Shown piece by piece: positions 50,813 through 60,534 of a DNA stretch of 64,000 bases (position 1 is its first letter; each line of letters begins with the position of its first letter). The notes under the pieces were generated by a model that worked only from the letters and a program-made list of their open reading frames with translations, was not told the DNA's origin and made no database searches. The translations under genes and the position numbers were made by a program. This stretch comes from a virus: positions 64,001 through 128,000 of IMG/VR virus record IMGVR_UViG_3300035181_002074; one strand, given 5' to 3'.

Positions 50813-51973
50813 ATGAGTTTAAGCGTATTAGAAGATAGCATTATTTACTTACTCCACACTGAACCTTTCTATGCCCATCTCTTAATGAGAATGCGTCGCA
50901 TGAAAACGACTAAGATCGAAACCGCAGGTGTTCGTATTACCGACGGAATCGACCTTCTTTATAATGAAAACTATCTGATTAAGCAAAAAACTGCCCACGG
51001 CATTAAAGCCCCTGCTGGGATTCTTAAGCATGAGTGCGAGCATGTGTTATTCCTACACTTGGGCGGACGTCAAGAAGGTTTCGAACACAAGAAATTCAAT
51101 ATCGCTGCTGATTGCTCTATTAACCAATTTAATTCCCTGATTGACGGTATGAAAGAGGATATTGTTACCCTTGATAACTTTAAGAAGCTCGTGGAAAATC
51201 CAAATGTGGAAGCTCAACAAACTCTTGAATATTACTATGGCCTTCTTCAGAAAAAATCTGACGAGAAAAAAGGTGACCCAGAATTTCAGAAAATGCTTGA
51301 CCAGATGTCTGAGTCTTTAGACGACCACGGCACATGGGATGAATCAGTTTGTGGTGAAGCCCAAAAACGTATTGCTCAATATGCGGTTAATCAGGCTGCT
51401 ACGTCAACTGGCAGAGGCAACCTTCCCGCTAATATTGCCAAACAAATTGAAACAATGAACAAAGAAACCCTTAACTGGAAATCCATCTTAAGGCGCTTCT
51501 GGAGTCGTGGAGTAACTGTAGAAATTAAATCCACTAGAATGCGCGTAAATCGTCGTTGGGGTATCGCTCAACCGGGTAAACGCACAAATCCATTGGTTCA
51601 CGTTGCAATGGTTATCGATACTTCTGGCTCTATGGGAGATGACGACATTGATGCAATTTTTTGTGAAGCGAAACGTATTCACGACACTGGTGCTACTGTA
51701 ACGATTATTGAATGTGATACAGAAGTGCATAAAACATGGACTTATCAAGGTAAAAATAATGTAGAAGTGCATGGCCGTGGCGGTACCAGTTTCCAGCCCG
51801 GTTTGGATGCTGCAGCAAAAGCTGATGCAGATGTTTGTATTTATTTTACGGATGGGGACGGCGAACAAGATTTTAAACTCCCTAAAATGCCAGTACTTTG
51901 GGTATTGACCCGCGAAGGCCACTCTGGAACAGTTCCAGAAAAAGGACTTAAAGTATGGATGAAAACGAAGTAA
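50813..51973 (+). CDS. metallopeptidase + vWA protein (DUF2201-like)
   Basis: HECEH, NIAAD..IN, DTSGSM MIDAS, GRGGTSF, YFTDG. Confidence 0.88.
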   Translation: MSLSVLEDSIIYLLHTEPFYAHLLMRMRRMKTTKIETAGVRITDGIDLLYNENYLIKQKTAHGIKAPAGILKHECEHVLFLHLGGRQEGFEHKKFNIAADCSINQFNSLIDGMKEDIVTLDNFKKLVENPNVEAQQTLEYYYGLLQKKSDEKKGDPEFQKMLDQMSESLDDHGTWDESVCGEAQKRIAQYAVNQAATSTGRGNLPANIAKQIETMNKETLNWKSILRRFWSRGVTVEIKSTRMRVNRRWGIAQPGKRTNPLVHVAMVIDTSGSMGDDDIDAIFCEAKRIHDTGATVTIIECDTEVHKTWTYQGKNNVEVHGRGGTSFQPGLDAAAKADADVCIYFTDGDGEQDFKLPKMPVLWVLTREGHSGTVPEKGLKVWMKTK

Positions 51974-52356
51974 GAAAAAGACTTCATCGTTTTAGCGGAT
52001 TAATGGCTAGCACTGTGCATGCTATCTACATGAACGAGATTATACATTCTAGCAAACCAAAACCTGAATTATACAATGATCTAGTGCTTGTTGATTATCC
52101 AGCCATACAAATTGGAATTATTCATATTTTGCCAGTACCAGAAGAAATATTAGCTTTTCTTGTAGATTATCCAAGCACGTCTGAAGCTGTAAGGCTCGAA
52201 ATTGCTTCGAAAACCACTAGTCATGACCTTATTCTGAAACTACACCAGTCTGCGAGTCATGTGGTCTCACGCGCCGCTCTTTACAACAAGAACGCTCCTG
52301 CTAATATCCAAATGCTCAGAATTAAAGACGAATTAGTAATGAAAATTAATAAATAA
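51955..52356 (+). CDS. hypothetical protein with LRV-like repeats
   Basis: VRLEIASK...SRAALYNKNAP. Confidence 0.55.
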   Translation: MDENEVRKRLHRFSGLMASTVHAIYMNEIIHSSKPKPELYNDLVLVDYPAIQIGIIHILPVPEEILAFLVDYPSTSEAVRLEIASKTTSHDLILKLHQSASHVVSRAALYNKNAPANIQMLRIKDELVMKINK

Positions 52357-52428
52357 AAAAGGGTTGACTAAAACAATAAACCCTGATAGTATTAAAGTAA
52401 CAACAACCCCGAAAGGAAAACTTGACCG

Positions 52429-53508
52429 ATGAAGATTAGTGAAATTAAAAGAGGATTACCCCACCTGATTGCCGCAAAAGTTCCAGCATTACTTATTGGA
52501 CACCACGGCTTAGGTAAAAGTTCTGTAATGAGACAAATTGCAGATGAATCTGGAATGACATTTTTTGATGTACGCCTTGGAACTATGTGCGATCCGGGCG
52601 ATTTACTTGGACTTATGATCGAGCGCCAAGATGCTGAAGGCAACAAATCTTTTGAACACGTGCTACCAGCTTGGTGGCCTAAAGCCGGTGAACGCAAAAT
52701 GATCTTTATCGACGAGATCAATCGTGCTCGCCCAGATATGCTCCAAATGGTATTCCAATTAATCCTTGATCGTCGTATCCATACCCATGTATTGCCAGAA
52801 GGCTGTACTGTGCATGCTGCGATGAATCCAGACAGCAATGATTACAAAACTACCAATATTGACGATGCCGCTTTATTGAGTCGTTTTTGCCAAATTAAGT
52901 TTACTCCATCCCAAGAAGAATTTCTTGAATATGCTCGCAGTAAACCAAAATTTGATTCTACTTTCCTTGGCTTCGTAGCAGAAAATATGCAAATGGTTGA
53001 CTGCACTGGCCTTGAATCATTCGAAGTAAAAGCGAAACCAGATCGTCGTGCTATCGTAAGAGCTGAAGAAGTGCTTTCTTCGGGATTACCAGAAGATCTT
53101 TGGATTGAGATGCTTGGCGGAATGCTTGGTTACGAAATGGCTGTAAAATACGTTGAATACGTAAAGTCAAACGAAATCAAACCACTTACTTTTGAACAAG
53201 TAGTTGGTGCATACAATAAACACAGCCATGTTGTTGCTGCTATGATGAAAAAAGAACGTCATGATGTAGTGACTGTAACCGTGGACAATGTATTGTCGGA
53301 GCTTTTCAAGCGTAAAGATTTGACTAAGAAAGAATCATTGAATATTAGATCATTCTTGCTTGATATCCCTAAAGATATTACTCAAGGTTTCATCAACAGA
53401 TTCCTTTCTGATTCTCCAAGTCATGCGAATAATCCAGTAAGCATTAACATCAATAAATATGTTCTTGATGACGCTTTCGTGGAAACGTTCTCAGCGAAAG
53501 TGAAATAA
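52429..53508 (+). CDS. MoxR-like AAA+ ATPase
   Basis: GHHGLGKS, FIDEINRA, AMNP, DAALLSRF. Confidence 0.9.
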   Translation: MKISEIKRGLPHLIAAKVPALLIGHHGLGKSSVMRQIADESGMTFFDVRLGTMCDPGDLLGLMIERQDAEGNKSFEHVLPAWWPKAGERKMIFIDEINRARPDMLQMVFQLILDRRIHTHVLPEGCTVHAAMNPDSNDYKTTNIDDAALLSRFCQIKFTPSQEEFLEYARSKPKFDSTFLGFVAENMQMVDCTGLESFEVKAKPDRRAIVRAEEVLSSGLPEDLWIEMLGGMLGYEMAVKYVEYVKSNEIKPLTFEQVVGAYNKHSHVVAAMMKKERHDVVTVTVDNVLSELFKRKDLTKKESLNIRSFLLDIPKDITQGFINRFLSDSPSHANNPVSININKYVLDDAFVETFSAKVK

Positions 53509-53509
53509 T

Positions 53510-53713
53510 ATGGATTTTGCACTTTGGATTTTAGTAATGCTACTCTTATTTAAGGCGTCATCTTTAGATGATGAACTGGAGCTTTCTCGCCAAGAATCCA
53601 AGGCATCTTTAGAACAGCATACTAAAGAGATCGCGGTTTTAAATGAAAAATGTGCCAACTTGACTGAGGATCTTGATGCAGTGAAGCTAAGGCTCAGAGT
53701 AAAAGGTAAATAA
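53510..53713 (+). CDS. small membrane-anchored coiled-coil protein
   Basis: Hydrophobic N-terminus, coiled coil. Confidence 0.6.
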   Translation: MDFALWILVMLLLFKASSLDDELELSRQESKASLEQHTKEIAVLNEKCANLTEDLDAVKLRLRVKGK

Positions 53714-53786
53714 TATAAAGGGGTAGCGCTTGATGGGTGCTACCCTGCTATAATCACAACAAAGATAGTAAAGCATCGAGGGATCT

Positions 53787-53963
53787 GTGAAAAAAATAAA
53801 GGAAGGCGATGTGGTTACGATCACACAAGCCATTAAAAGTATGCTTGGCACGGAAGTTCAGCCTATCGGAACGGTCGTAGGAGTATTTGGAGATCAGCTC
53901 ACCGTACTGCTCGGCAATAATGATATTTGGATTGGAAGCGCTAAGTTTGTATTTAAACAGTAG
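53787..53963 (+). CDS. 58-aa KOW/SH3-like protein
   Basis: GAGGG RBS, GTG start, MKKIKEGDVVTI...GTVVGV. Confidence 0.6.
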   Translation: MKKIKEGDVVTITQAIKSMLGTEVQPIGTVVGVFGDQLTVLLGNNDIWIGSAKFVFKQ

Positions 53964-53976
53964 ATAAGGAAAAGGT

Positions 53977-54294
53977 ATGAAAAGAAAAAAACGGATTGAA
54001 TTAAGTAGACTTTTAGATAGAAAATTGGATATTTTGGGTGTAGCTAACGAGCCAAAATTAAGACAGATCGGTAATAAACCGATTTTAACTATCAAAGATG
54101 AAAAAATTGTAGAAGGCACCGCACCGGTGTACCAGTTGCATAACCTTCGTAGACAAATGATTTCAAAGATCCTTGAGGGTGGTGAGGGTGCTGCAAGGGC
54201 ATTTCTCGCGATGGATAATCAAGCCCTTAAAGGTGCATTAGTGCCTCAAACTGACGAGTCCCCAACTCCGTCAGCCGAAGAAGCTAATGATTAA
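53977..54294 (+). CDS. hypothetical protein
   Basis: AAGGA RBS. Confidence 0.7.
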   Translation: MKRKKRIELSRLLDRKLDILGVANEPKLRQIGNKPILTIKDEKIVEGTAPVYQLHNLRRQMISKILEGGEGAARAFLAMDNQALKGALVPQTDESPTPSAEEAND

Positions 54295-54436
54295 TGCCCT
54301 GCTCACGGTAGCAGCATTAGGAGCTACGGTCTTATTCGTGTATCAAGCGGTTGTTGTAAATCAATGTAATTATTCGCTTTTGTTTGTTATCCTAGCGAAT
54401 TTACTGATAATGCGCTTAAGATCGTGGCTCCCCTAA
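54287..54436 (+). CDS. 49-aa two-TM membrane protein
   Basis: MINALLTVAALGATVLFVY...SLLFVILANLLIM. Confidence 0.5.
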   Translation: MINALLTVAALGATVLFVYQAVVVNQCNYSLLFVILANLLIMRLRSWLP

Positions 54437-54455
54437 TATTTGTCATGAGGGTAAA

Positions 54456-54755
54456 ATGGATAAAACAAGGTATGAATTTACCGTTACCGTTTCCGCAGAA
54501 GTACTTAGCGGCTTCCCTATGCCTATTTACGATGAATCAGGCAAAATCATCGGGGCATTTACCCAGCACTATACAAACTCATTACGCTGCTTTGTAGCAG
54601 CAACCGGATGGGGTGATTCAATTCATCTCGAAGATCAATTCTGGTTTACCCCTACATTAAATGAATCCAATATCGTTGTCTCTGGCCATATTTCCGCCAT
54701 TGAGCATTCTAATCAATCCATCAAAGTAAAAGGTGCAGGGAGAAACTATGAGTAG
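54456..54755 (+). CDS. hypothetical protein
   Basis: GAGG RBS, preceded by CCTAATAT. Confidence 0.65.
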   Translation: MDKTRYEFTVTVSAEVLSGFPMPIYDESGKIIGAFTQHYTNSLRCFVAATGWGDSIHLEDQFWFTPTLNESNIVVSGHISAIEHSNQSIKVKGAGRNYE

Positions 54756-55380
54756 ACCAAGACAAATGCGGAAACCACCAAATGACTCTGATCAAATCTG
54801 GGTAACTCATTTTGATGATGAAGGTTTAGAAGATTTTTACGAAAAATTCATGGAATTAGAAAATGACCCATCTATTTCAATTATCTCAATAATTGTAAGC
54901 AGTTATGGTGGTGATGTGGCCATAATGAACTCCATGAGAGATTTGATTAAGTCATCCCATAAGCCTGTATCCACCTTGGCACTGGGTAAAGCGATGTCAG
55001 CTGGCATTTGCCTGTTAGCGTCTGGCACAAAGGGATATCGTTTTGCGGCACCTAATTCATCCTTAATGTTTCATGAAGTTAGTACGATGCATCACGGGAA
55101 GGCCACTGATCTGGAAACATCATCACTTAATACGACCCAGATTAATAAATTATTGATTAGAAATTTCGCGCATGATACCGATAATACAGTCAAAGAGATT
55201 GAGAATGAAATGCATGCGCGGGGTAATAGTGATTGGTTTCTGACACCACAAGAAGCTCTTAATTGGGGTATCATCGATCAAATTGCAATTCCACGTGTTG
55301 TGACGCAGCATTCTCCATCTACCTTAGCTATCGTTAAAACTGTCCCAAAGCCACTATCCAAGAAAAAGAGAAAAGCCTAA
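54733..55380 (+). CDS. clpP: ClpP-like protease
   Basis: SSYGG, GKAMSAG (Ser), MFHE (His), DWFLTPQEALNWGIID (Asp); true start probably ATG 54748. Confidence 0.88.
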   Translation: MQGETMSRPRQMRKPPNDSDQIWVTHFDDEGLEDFYEKFMELENDPSISIISIIVSSYGGDVAIMNSMRDLIKSSHKPVSTLALGKAMSAGICLLASGTKGYRFAAPNSSLMFHEVSTMHHGKATDLETSSLNTTQINKLLIRNFAHDTDNTVKEIENEMHARGNSDWFLTPQEALNWGIIDQIAIPRVVTQHSPSTLAIVKTVPKPLSKKKRKA

Positions 55381-55393
55381 TATTTTCTAAGGA

Positions 55394-55825
55394 TTGGAAG
55401 TACGAATGCGCTACGGTTTCATACTCTTAGATAATGTTTATAATGTAAATTCCTTTGATAAAACTGAAAACCTCAATATTATCAACGGGAACCTCACGAC
55501 CATTTACTTTAGATTGGTAACAATCAAAGGTAATTCCGGTGATATCGACCATGACACCTTGCGATTCATTCCAGCCGCTGGAACCCAAGCTTACGTTTCT
55601 TTTGCGAGTATTGATGATGCAGCTGCAATTACCGACCGCCCAGCATCTCAACCATACCCAACCCAAGATACCTCTATTTTTTCTGTTACCTTAGCAGCTG
55701 ACGAAAGTATCGCACAAAATTCCATGTCGGTTAAATTTAACGACGGCGTGAATACATTTTACGCAGAACGTTTATCTGATATTACACAACAAGACATTAA
55801 TTCAAAGGACAGATTTTTCTGTTAA
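55394..55825 (+). CDS. putative virion protein
   Basis: Beta-rich, preceded by CCTAATAT; start probably ATG 55406. Confidence 0.55.
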   Translation: MEVRMRYGFILLDNVYNVNSFDKTENLNIINGNLTTIYFRLVTIKGNSGDIDHDTLRFIPAAGTQAYVSFASIDDAAAITDRPASQPYPTQDTSIFSVTLAADESIAQNSMSVKFNDGVNTFYAERLSDITQQDINSKDRFFC

Positions 55826-55831
55826 AGTTAC

Positions 55832-56710
55832 ATGGCAGATTTAAGTAAAGCAAAAAAAGGCATTTATGCCGTATCACCCGAAGGTACCATTGACTCAGCG
55901 CAATCATTTGAGACAATGGAGCCTATTTACAATGGCAGGGATGTGCGCGAGAATTTTCTTTTCGGCGTACCGATGACTGCTCCATTAACAGGTGAAAAAT
56001 TAACTGATCGTATGTTGGATAAGTACGTTAAACGCGCTATCAATCTTGTGGAAACGGAATCAAAAATTGATATTCAGCCGCGAGTTAAAAGAACACGCCA
56101 GCCGTTTCATAGCAAAGATTACACACATTATATTCACTTGGAAATTCCACATAAGCCGATTCGTAAAGTTATTAGTATTTCTATTTCTGCTGCAAATTAT
56201 GCAGATACACCTGACCAGAATGAACAATTTCCGAATGGTTTGAAACTTTATACTATGCCTAACGAATGGGTAGATATGGCGAATGCTACTAGAGGGGTAT
56301 TAAATATTAACCCGTTTTCACCAGCATTTTCGCCGGTAGGGGCAGCCGCTGAATTTGGTACTGCAGGTGCAACACCGATCACCCATTTTCTTGGACAGAT
56401 GTCTTTTATTCCGGGCTTTTGGAATATTGAAGTACTGTGCGGAGTTGGATGCGAAAAAACCGGCATGATTCCTGTTAGTTTTAACGAATTACTGGGAATG
56501 AAGGCAGCAATGCTTGCTTTAGATAATTTAATTCCAATGTTTCGCGTAAGCTCTCAATCGTTAGGTGTTGACGGTTTAAGTCAAAGCGTGAATGATAATC
56601 TTTTTACTTTGCTAGCAAATAAACGTAAACAACTAGAAGCTGATTACGATAAACTTTTAAAATCACTGAAGACTAATTACTCACAACGGTTCTTCATGAC
56701 GAGCGTCTAA
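55832..56710 (+). CDS. head-tail adaptor/neck protein
   Basis: SQSLGVDGLSQS motif, context. Confidence 0.65.
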   Translation: MADLSKAKKGIYAVSPEGTIDSAQSFETMEPIYNGRDVRENFLFGVPMTAPLTGEKLTDRMLDKYVKRAINLVETESKIDIQPRVKRTRQPFHSKDYTHYIHLEIPHKPIRKVISISISAANYADTPDQNEQFPNGLKLYTMPNEWVDMANATRGVLNINPFSPAFSPVGAAAEFGTAGATPITHFLGQMSFIPGFWNIEVLCGVGCEKTGMIPVSFNELLGMKAAMLALDNLIPMFRVSSQSLGVDGLSQSVNDNLFTLLANKRKQLEADYDKLLKSLKTNYSQRFFMTSV

Positions 56711-56724
56711 GAGGGGAAATAATC

Positions 56725-57975
56725 ATGACCCCAAAAGATAATATTACAATTCAAAAAACTATCGCCGACTACTTCAGCACATTGCCTGTAACGAGTCAGA
56801 CATTAATAGTTCAGGCGATTAATGATCAAGTATCACCGTTATTGGCTACATATGCCAACCAATTAGGAATGAGCCCAGCAGATTATACTATTAATTTAGC
56901 TATTAATCAATCAATCCAAGAGGCAACCAAATCGTTAGCTAAATCCGAATCACTATATTCTATAGTACTGACAAACAGCCATACCTCTACACAAGATATT
57001 CAAAATCTTGTTGATGAGTTGGTATATAAAAGTTATTTCAATAATCAGGAACTTAATAAAAGCTTAAAGAATGCTGCAATCGGATTAGGAATGGCGGCAA
57101 TGTTTGCTAATCCTAGTGCTGCTCAGGGGTTAAAAGTTCAGAGCCCATCAAAAGCGACTTCTTATTTAACTCATTCCGCACCAAAAACTGCAGATATGCG
57201 TACAACGTTTGAACCAGAGCCGTGGGGCAGTCAACCAGAAGATGCTTTTTTACATAACACCATGCAACTCGAAACAAGCGGCGGCAAGAATACCCAGCAT
57301 AAAAAAATCACCTCCGGTCCACAAGCCGGACAGACAGCTATTGGTAGGTGGGCATTATTGCCCAACACTATCCGTGAAATGCATAATCGAAATAAAGGCC
57401 ACTGGGGGCATCCAGATTTAGAGCGTCTTGGCAGCATGAATGATACCCAAATGTCTAAATATTTACAATTAAATCCGGGCATTGAATTACATATTGCCCG
57501 TACTCTGGCTAAATTCGTAAATAAGAAGCAATGCGGCGATAAACTGAAATGTGCATATTCTTGGAAATTTGGCCATAATTTATCACCGAACGATATCGGC
57601 GCAGATAAATTAAATAATAGTTATGTGCAAGACTACCATAAATTACAGCAAGGTAAGTCACCTCGCGGATTGAGACCAGCATCGTTTGGATTTCCGTTAC
57701 AGCCAGCAAAAACACTAACCCCTAAACAACCGTTCCAGATCCTTAAAAGTGAAGCAGCTGATTTTGCTCCACGATTGAAACAATGGATCAAAGCTCGCGA
57801 AGACAAAGAGCAAGATACTATTTCAAATACTATGAAGCAGTATGATGATTTACGTGCAGTATCAGCCGTACCCGATAGTGGTACCAAGCCAGATGATCGA
57901 TTGAATCTTGATTTAGATAATCCCATGGATCGTATTAAACTTGCTATCAGAAAAGTTGTAGGTAAAGACGAATGA
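56725..57975 (+). CDS. virion protein with lytic transglycosylase/lysozyme-like domain
   Basis: QLETSGG...AIGRWALLPNT...AYSWKFG...YV. Confidence 0.65.
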   Translation: MTPKDNITIQKTIADYFSTLPVTSQTLIVQAINDQVSPLLATYANQLGMSPADYTINLAINQSIQEATKSLAKSESLYSIVLTNSHTSTQDIQNLVDELVYKSYFNNQELNKSLKNAAIGLGMAAMFANPSAAQGLKVQSPSKATSYLTHSAPKTADMRTTFEPEPWGSQPEDAFLHNTMQLETSGGKNTQHKKITSGPQAGQTAIGRWALLPNTIREMHNRNKGHWGHPDLERLGSMNDTQMSKYLQLNPGIELHIARTLAKFVNKKQCGDKLKCAYSWKFGHNLSPNDIGADKLNNSYVQDYHKLQQGKSPRGLRPASFGFPLQPAKTLTPKQPFQILKSEAADFAPRLKQWIKAREDKEQDTISNTMKQYDDLRAVSAVPDSGTKPDDRLNLDLDNPMDRIKLAIRKVVGKDE

Positions 57976-58478
57976 ATATAGCAGCTAATCAAATTCAAGA
58001 AAAGAAACTTGCTGGCGTTTGTAAAAATGGCCCAGTTGTGTATATCCTTACTAAAGGAGGACTCCACAGCATGTTCTCACGTGATGGAAAAGGTGATATA
58101 GTATCACTTGCCGCCGCCCCACACCGAGCGATTTGTACTTTTTTTGCTGAAAAGAAAGATCCTAGTATTAAGTGGCACAGTGATTTTTTATCTAAAACTG
58201 ATGGAACTGAAATTGACTTAATTAAGAACGAAGAAGATCAATTTCAAAAATATCGTAAAATGATTTGGTTTCAAACTGAAGATTTCTATAAATCGGAAGC
58301 GTCCGATATTTATTTCGTATATGATACATCATCAAATGATATCTGGATCTCTGATTTGAATGAAATTAAAGAAGATTTACAAAAGAATGAAATTAACCGA
58401 AATTGTATAGTTCGACCAATCGATCTCAGTGCTCCGCCAAGAATGCTGGATCTTTGTGATGAATTCAAAGTGGAATAA
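57972..58478 (+). CDS. hypothetical late protein
   Basis: Coupled ORF with K(S/N)E motifs. Confidence 0.7.
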   Translation: MNIAANQIQEKKLAGVCKNGPVVYILTKGGLHSMFSRDGKGDIVSLAAAPHRAICTFFAEKKDPSIKWHSDFLSKTDGTEIDLIKNEEDQFQKYRKMIWFQTEDFYKSEASDIYFVYDTSSNDIWISDLNEIKEDLQKNEINRNCIVRPIDLSAPPRMLDLCDEFKVE

Positions 58479-58727
58479 ATGACTTCGCTAGAACGTCGTT
58501 TTTTACTGTTTTGTTCGTTGCAAGATAAACAAGGCTACGGCATAAAACCTTATGCAATGACTATTGTTCGTCAATTATTGAATCGGATGAAACATATTAT
58601 TATTGAACATGACTGCGAAGTATATGAGTTTACAAAGTTCGGTGAAATGATTTATATCGTATATCGATACGAGAATTCTCGTTTTGTATATCAGTCGAGA
58701 TTAAAGGTAGATTATGGCAGAAAATAA
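58479..58727 (+). CDS. hypothetical protein
   Basis: 82 aa. Confidence 0.6.
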   Translation: MTSLERRFLLFCSLQDKQGYGIKPYAMTIVRQLLNRMKHIIIEHDCEVYEFTKFGEMIYIVYRYENSRFVYQSRLKVDYGRK

Positions 58728-59598
58728 ATTAGGACCAAGAGGGAGAAAATCAAAAGCGCCCAGTGGTAATCAGCTAATCAACGGATTAGTTAATTATCAG
58801 GTTAGTTTTGATAAAGCTGCATTCGATCATTTAATCAGATCGCAAGGCGTAGCTATGACTCATTACAGAGCAATTCCCGACCCACGCGGAATGTCTTCTC
58901 GTGGAGACAGTCATGCCGTAGGAACCGCTAGACAATCCGTAGATGGATACATTTATAAAGAAGCAGGTACTATTACCGCATTTTTTAGTAATAATAGCAA
59001 TAATCCCAAGGCAGCTGAATCCAGTGTGCTTGAACATGCTACTGCCTATATTACTGCCCCAGATTTTTATGATGACAAGCCTGAATGTCCTGTATTGTTT
59101 AGTCCATGGGACAGACTTTTCCTTAAAGATATCGAAATCCGTGTAGTTACTTCTCAGGAATTAGAAGCATCTCAAACCGGTATTGATATCCTGCAATTCC
59201 CTGCTACATGTGTTGAACACTTAATAGATGCCCATGGCGTTGAATATATTGAAGGAGTGGATTTTGAAATTACCACCGAAGGGCATATTCAATGGATAAG
59301 CCAAAATAGACCCGGATTCGATCCAGAGCTTGGCAGAGGACGAGTGTTTGCCGTTAGGTTCCGTTATACCCCTTTTTTCGTCGTTGATCGCCTATTACAT
59401 GAAATCCGCGTCAGTCAGGTGACCAATCCAAGAACAAATAAGCGCAGCCTAGAACGCATGCCTTATCAAGTATCTGTTGTTCGAGAGTATGTATTCAGGG
59501 ATATGAACCGTAATAACTCAAAAGACGAAAATACCGACCATTCCCGCTTCCAAGATGCTCCATCCCCAGCTGGCCGAATGGGCCCGAAAGACTATTAA
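58714..59598 (+). CDS. head closure/neck protein
   Basis: FDHLIRSQG..., WDRL, YIEGVDF..., FVVDRLLHEIR; context. Confidence 0.55.
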   Translation: MAENKLGPRGRKSKAPSGNQLINGLVNYQVSFDKAAFDHLIRSQGVAMTHYRAIPDPRGMSSRGDSHAVGTARQSVDGYIYKEAGTITAFFSNNSNNPKAAESSVLEHATAYITAPDFYDDKPECPVLFSPWDRLFLKDIEIRVVTSQELEASQTGIDILQFPATCVEHLIDAHGVEYIEGVDFEITTEGHIQWISQNRPGFDPELGRGRVFAVRFRYTPFFVVDRLLHEIRVSQVTNPRTNKRSLERMPYQVSVVREYVFRDMNRNNSKDENTDHSRFQDAPSPAGRMGPKDY

Positions 59599-59625
59599 CC
59601 CTAATATTTTCACTAAGGAAACCTT

Positions 59626-59964
59626 ATGGCAATACAATCATATCAATCACCAAAAAAACCCTCATCGGTCGTCCAAGGTGGTAATTCTAATCATGTTGGT
59701 ATCTTATCTCCTGTCGGCGATTTGACGGCAGCTAAATCAGTTGGCGAAAATTGCATTATTGCATGCTTTAATAGTACCAATCAGGTTCAATTTATTCGTA
59801 CCGGTGATAACACTGTTACAATTGGTACCAGCTATGTAGATAATATCCCTGTCCCACCGGATAGTTATATATATATAAATACCGGCGGCTATCGATTTAT
59901 AATCGGATCTTCTGGCATGTATGGTTACAAATTAATGGATGAATCTGCCCCAAGTTACGAGTAA
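59626..59964 (+). CDS. putative virion protein
   Basis: AAGGA RBS, preceded by CCTAATAT. Confidence 0.55.
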   Translation: MAIQSYQSPKKPSSVVQGGNSNHVGILSPVGDLTAAKSVGENCIIACFNSTNQVQFIRTGDNTVTIGTSYVDNIPVPPDSYIYINTGGYRFIIGSSGMYGYKLMDESAPSYE

Positions 59965-59967
59965 GCT

Positions 59968-60534
59968 ATGTCAAACAACGACGATCTTAAATGCAAAACA
60001 ATGGGGAACAGGCTTTTTAAAAAACAACGCGCCGCTTTATCTAAAGCTAAATTGAATGAAGCTCCATCAGGTGCTGCAATACCCAAATTACCATCCATGC
60101 CTAAATTACCAGTAGCTCCAGTAGCTCCGGGTAAAAATCCTGCAGGCCAAGCAGCTAAGCAATCAATGCAAGCAGCTAAAGGTCAAAATACTAAAGTTGC
60201 CCAAGCACCAAAAGCTCCAAAATCGTTACAAACTCCGAAGGCTCCAACGACTCCGAAGATCGGAAAATCAGAATTACGCTTGAGTGAAAAAGAATTATAT
60301 ACCGATTGTGAACATTGCGGAACGCCACAATTTACGAAAACAGCGGCAGGACCAGAATATGCTCCATGCGCATGTTTCATGGTAACTAAGTCTGAAAAAT
60401 TTGTTACACTTAGTAAAAATGAATCAGGTTACTCTTTAGACTTCAATCCGAAATCAGATCCAGAATCTGTTAAGGCATTCCTTTTAGCTTTGAAAGCAAA
60501 ATTACTAGTTACGAAAAAATTTGGGGATCAATAA
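59968..60534 (+). CDS. Pro/Lys-rich protein with C-terminal Zn finger
   Basis: CEHC...CAC flanked by KSE motifs. Confidence 0.7.
   Translation: MSNNDDLKCKTMGNRLFKKQRAALSKAKLNEAPSGAAIPKLPSMPKLPVAPVAPGKNPAGQAAKQSMQAAKGQNTKVAQAPKAPKSLQTPKAPTTPKIGKSELRLSEKELYTDCEHCGTPQFTKTAAGPEYAPCACFMVTKSEKFVTLSKNESGYSLDFNPKSDPESVKAFLLALKAKLLVTKKFGDQ

Noticed and set aside
53721-53745. GGGTAGCGC/GTGCTACCC hairpin as terminator or ncRNA
   Set aside because: No U tract, and the downstream gap is filled by a 58-aa ORF; function unsupported.
54287-54436. Holin
   Set aside because: Two hydrophobic segments only, with no adjacent endolysin.
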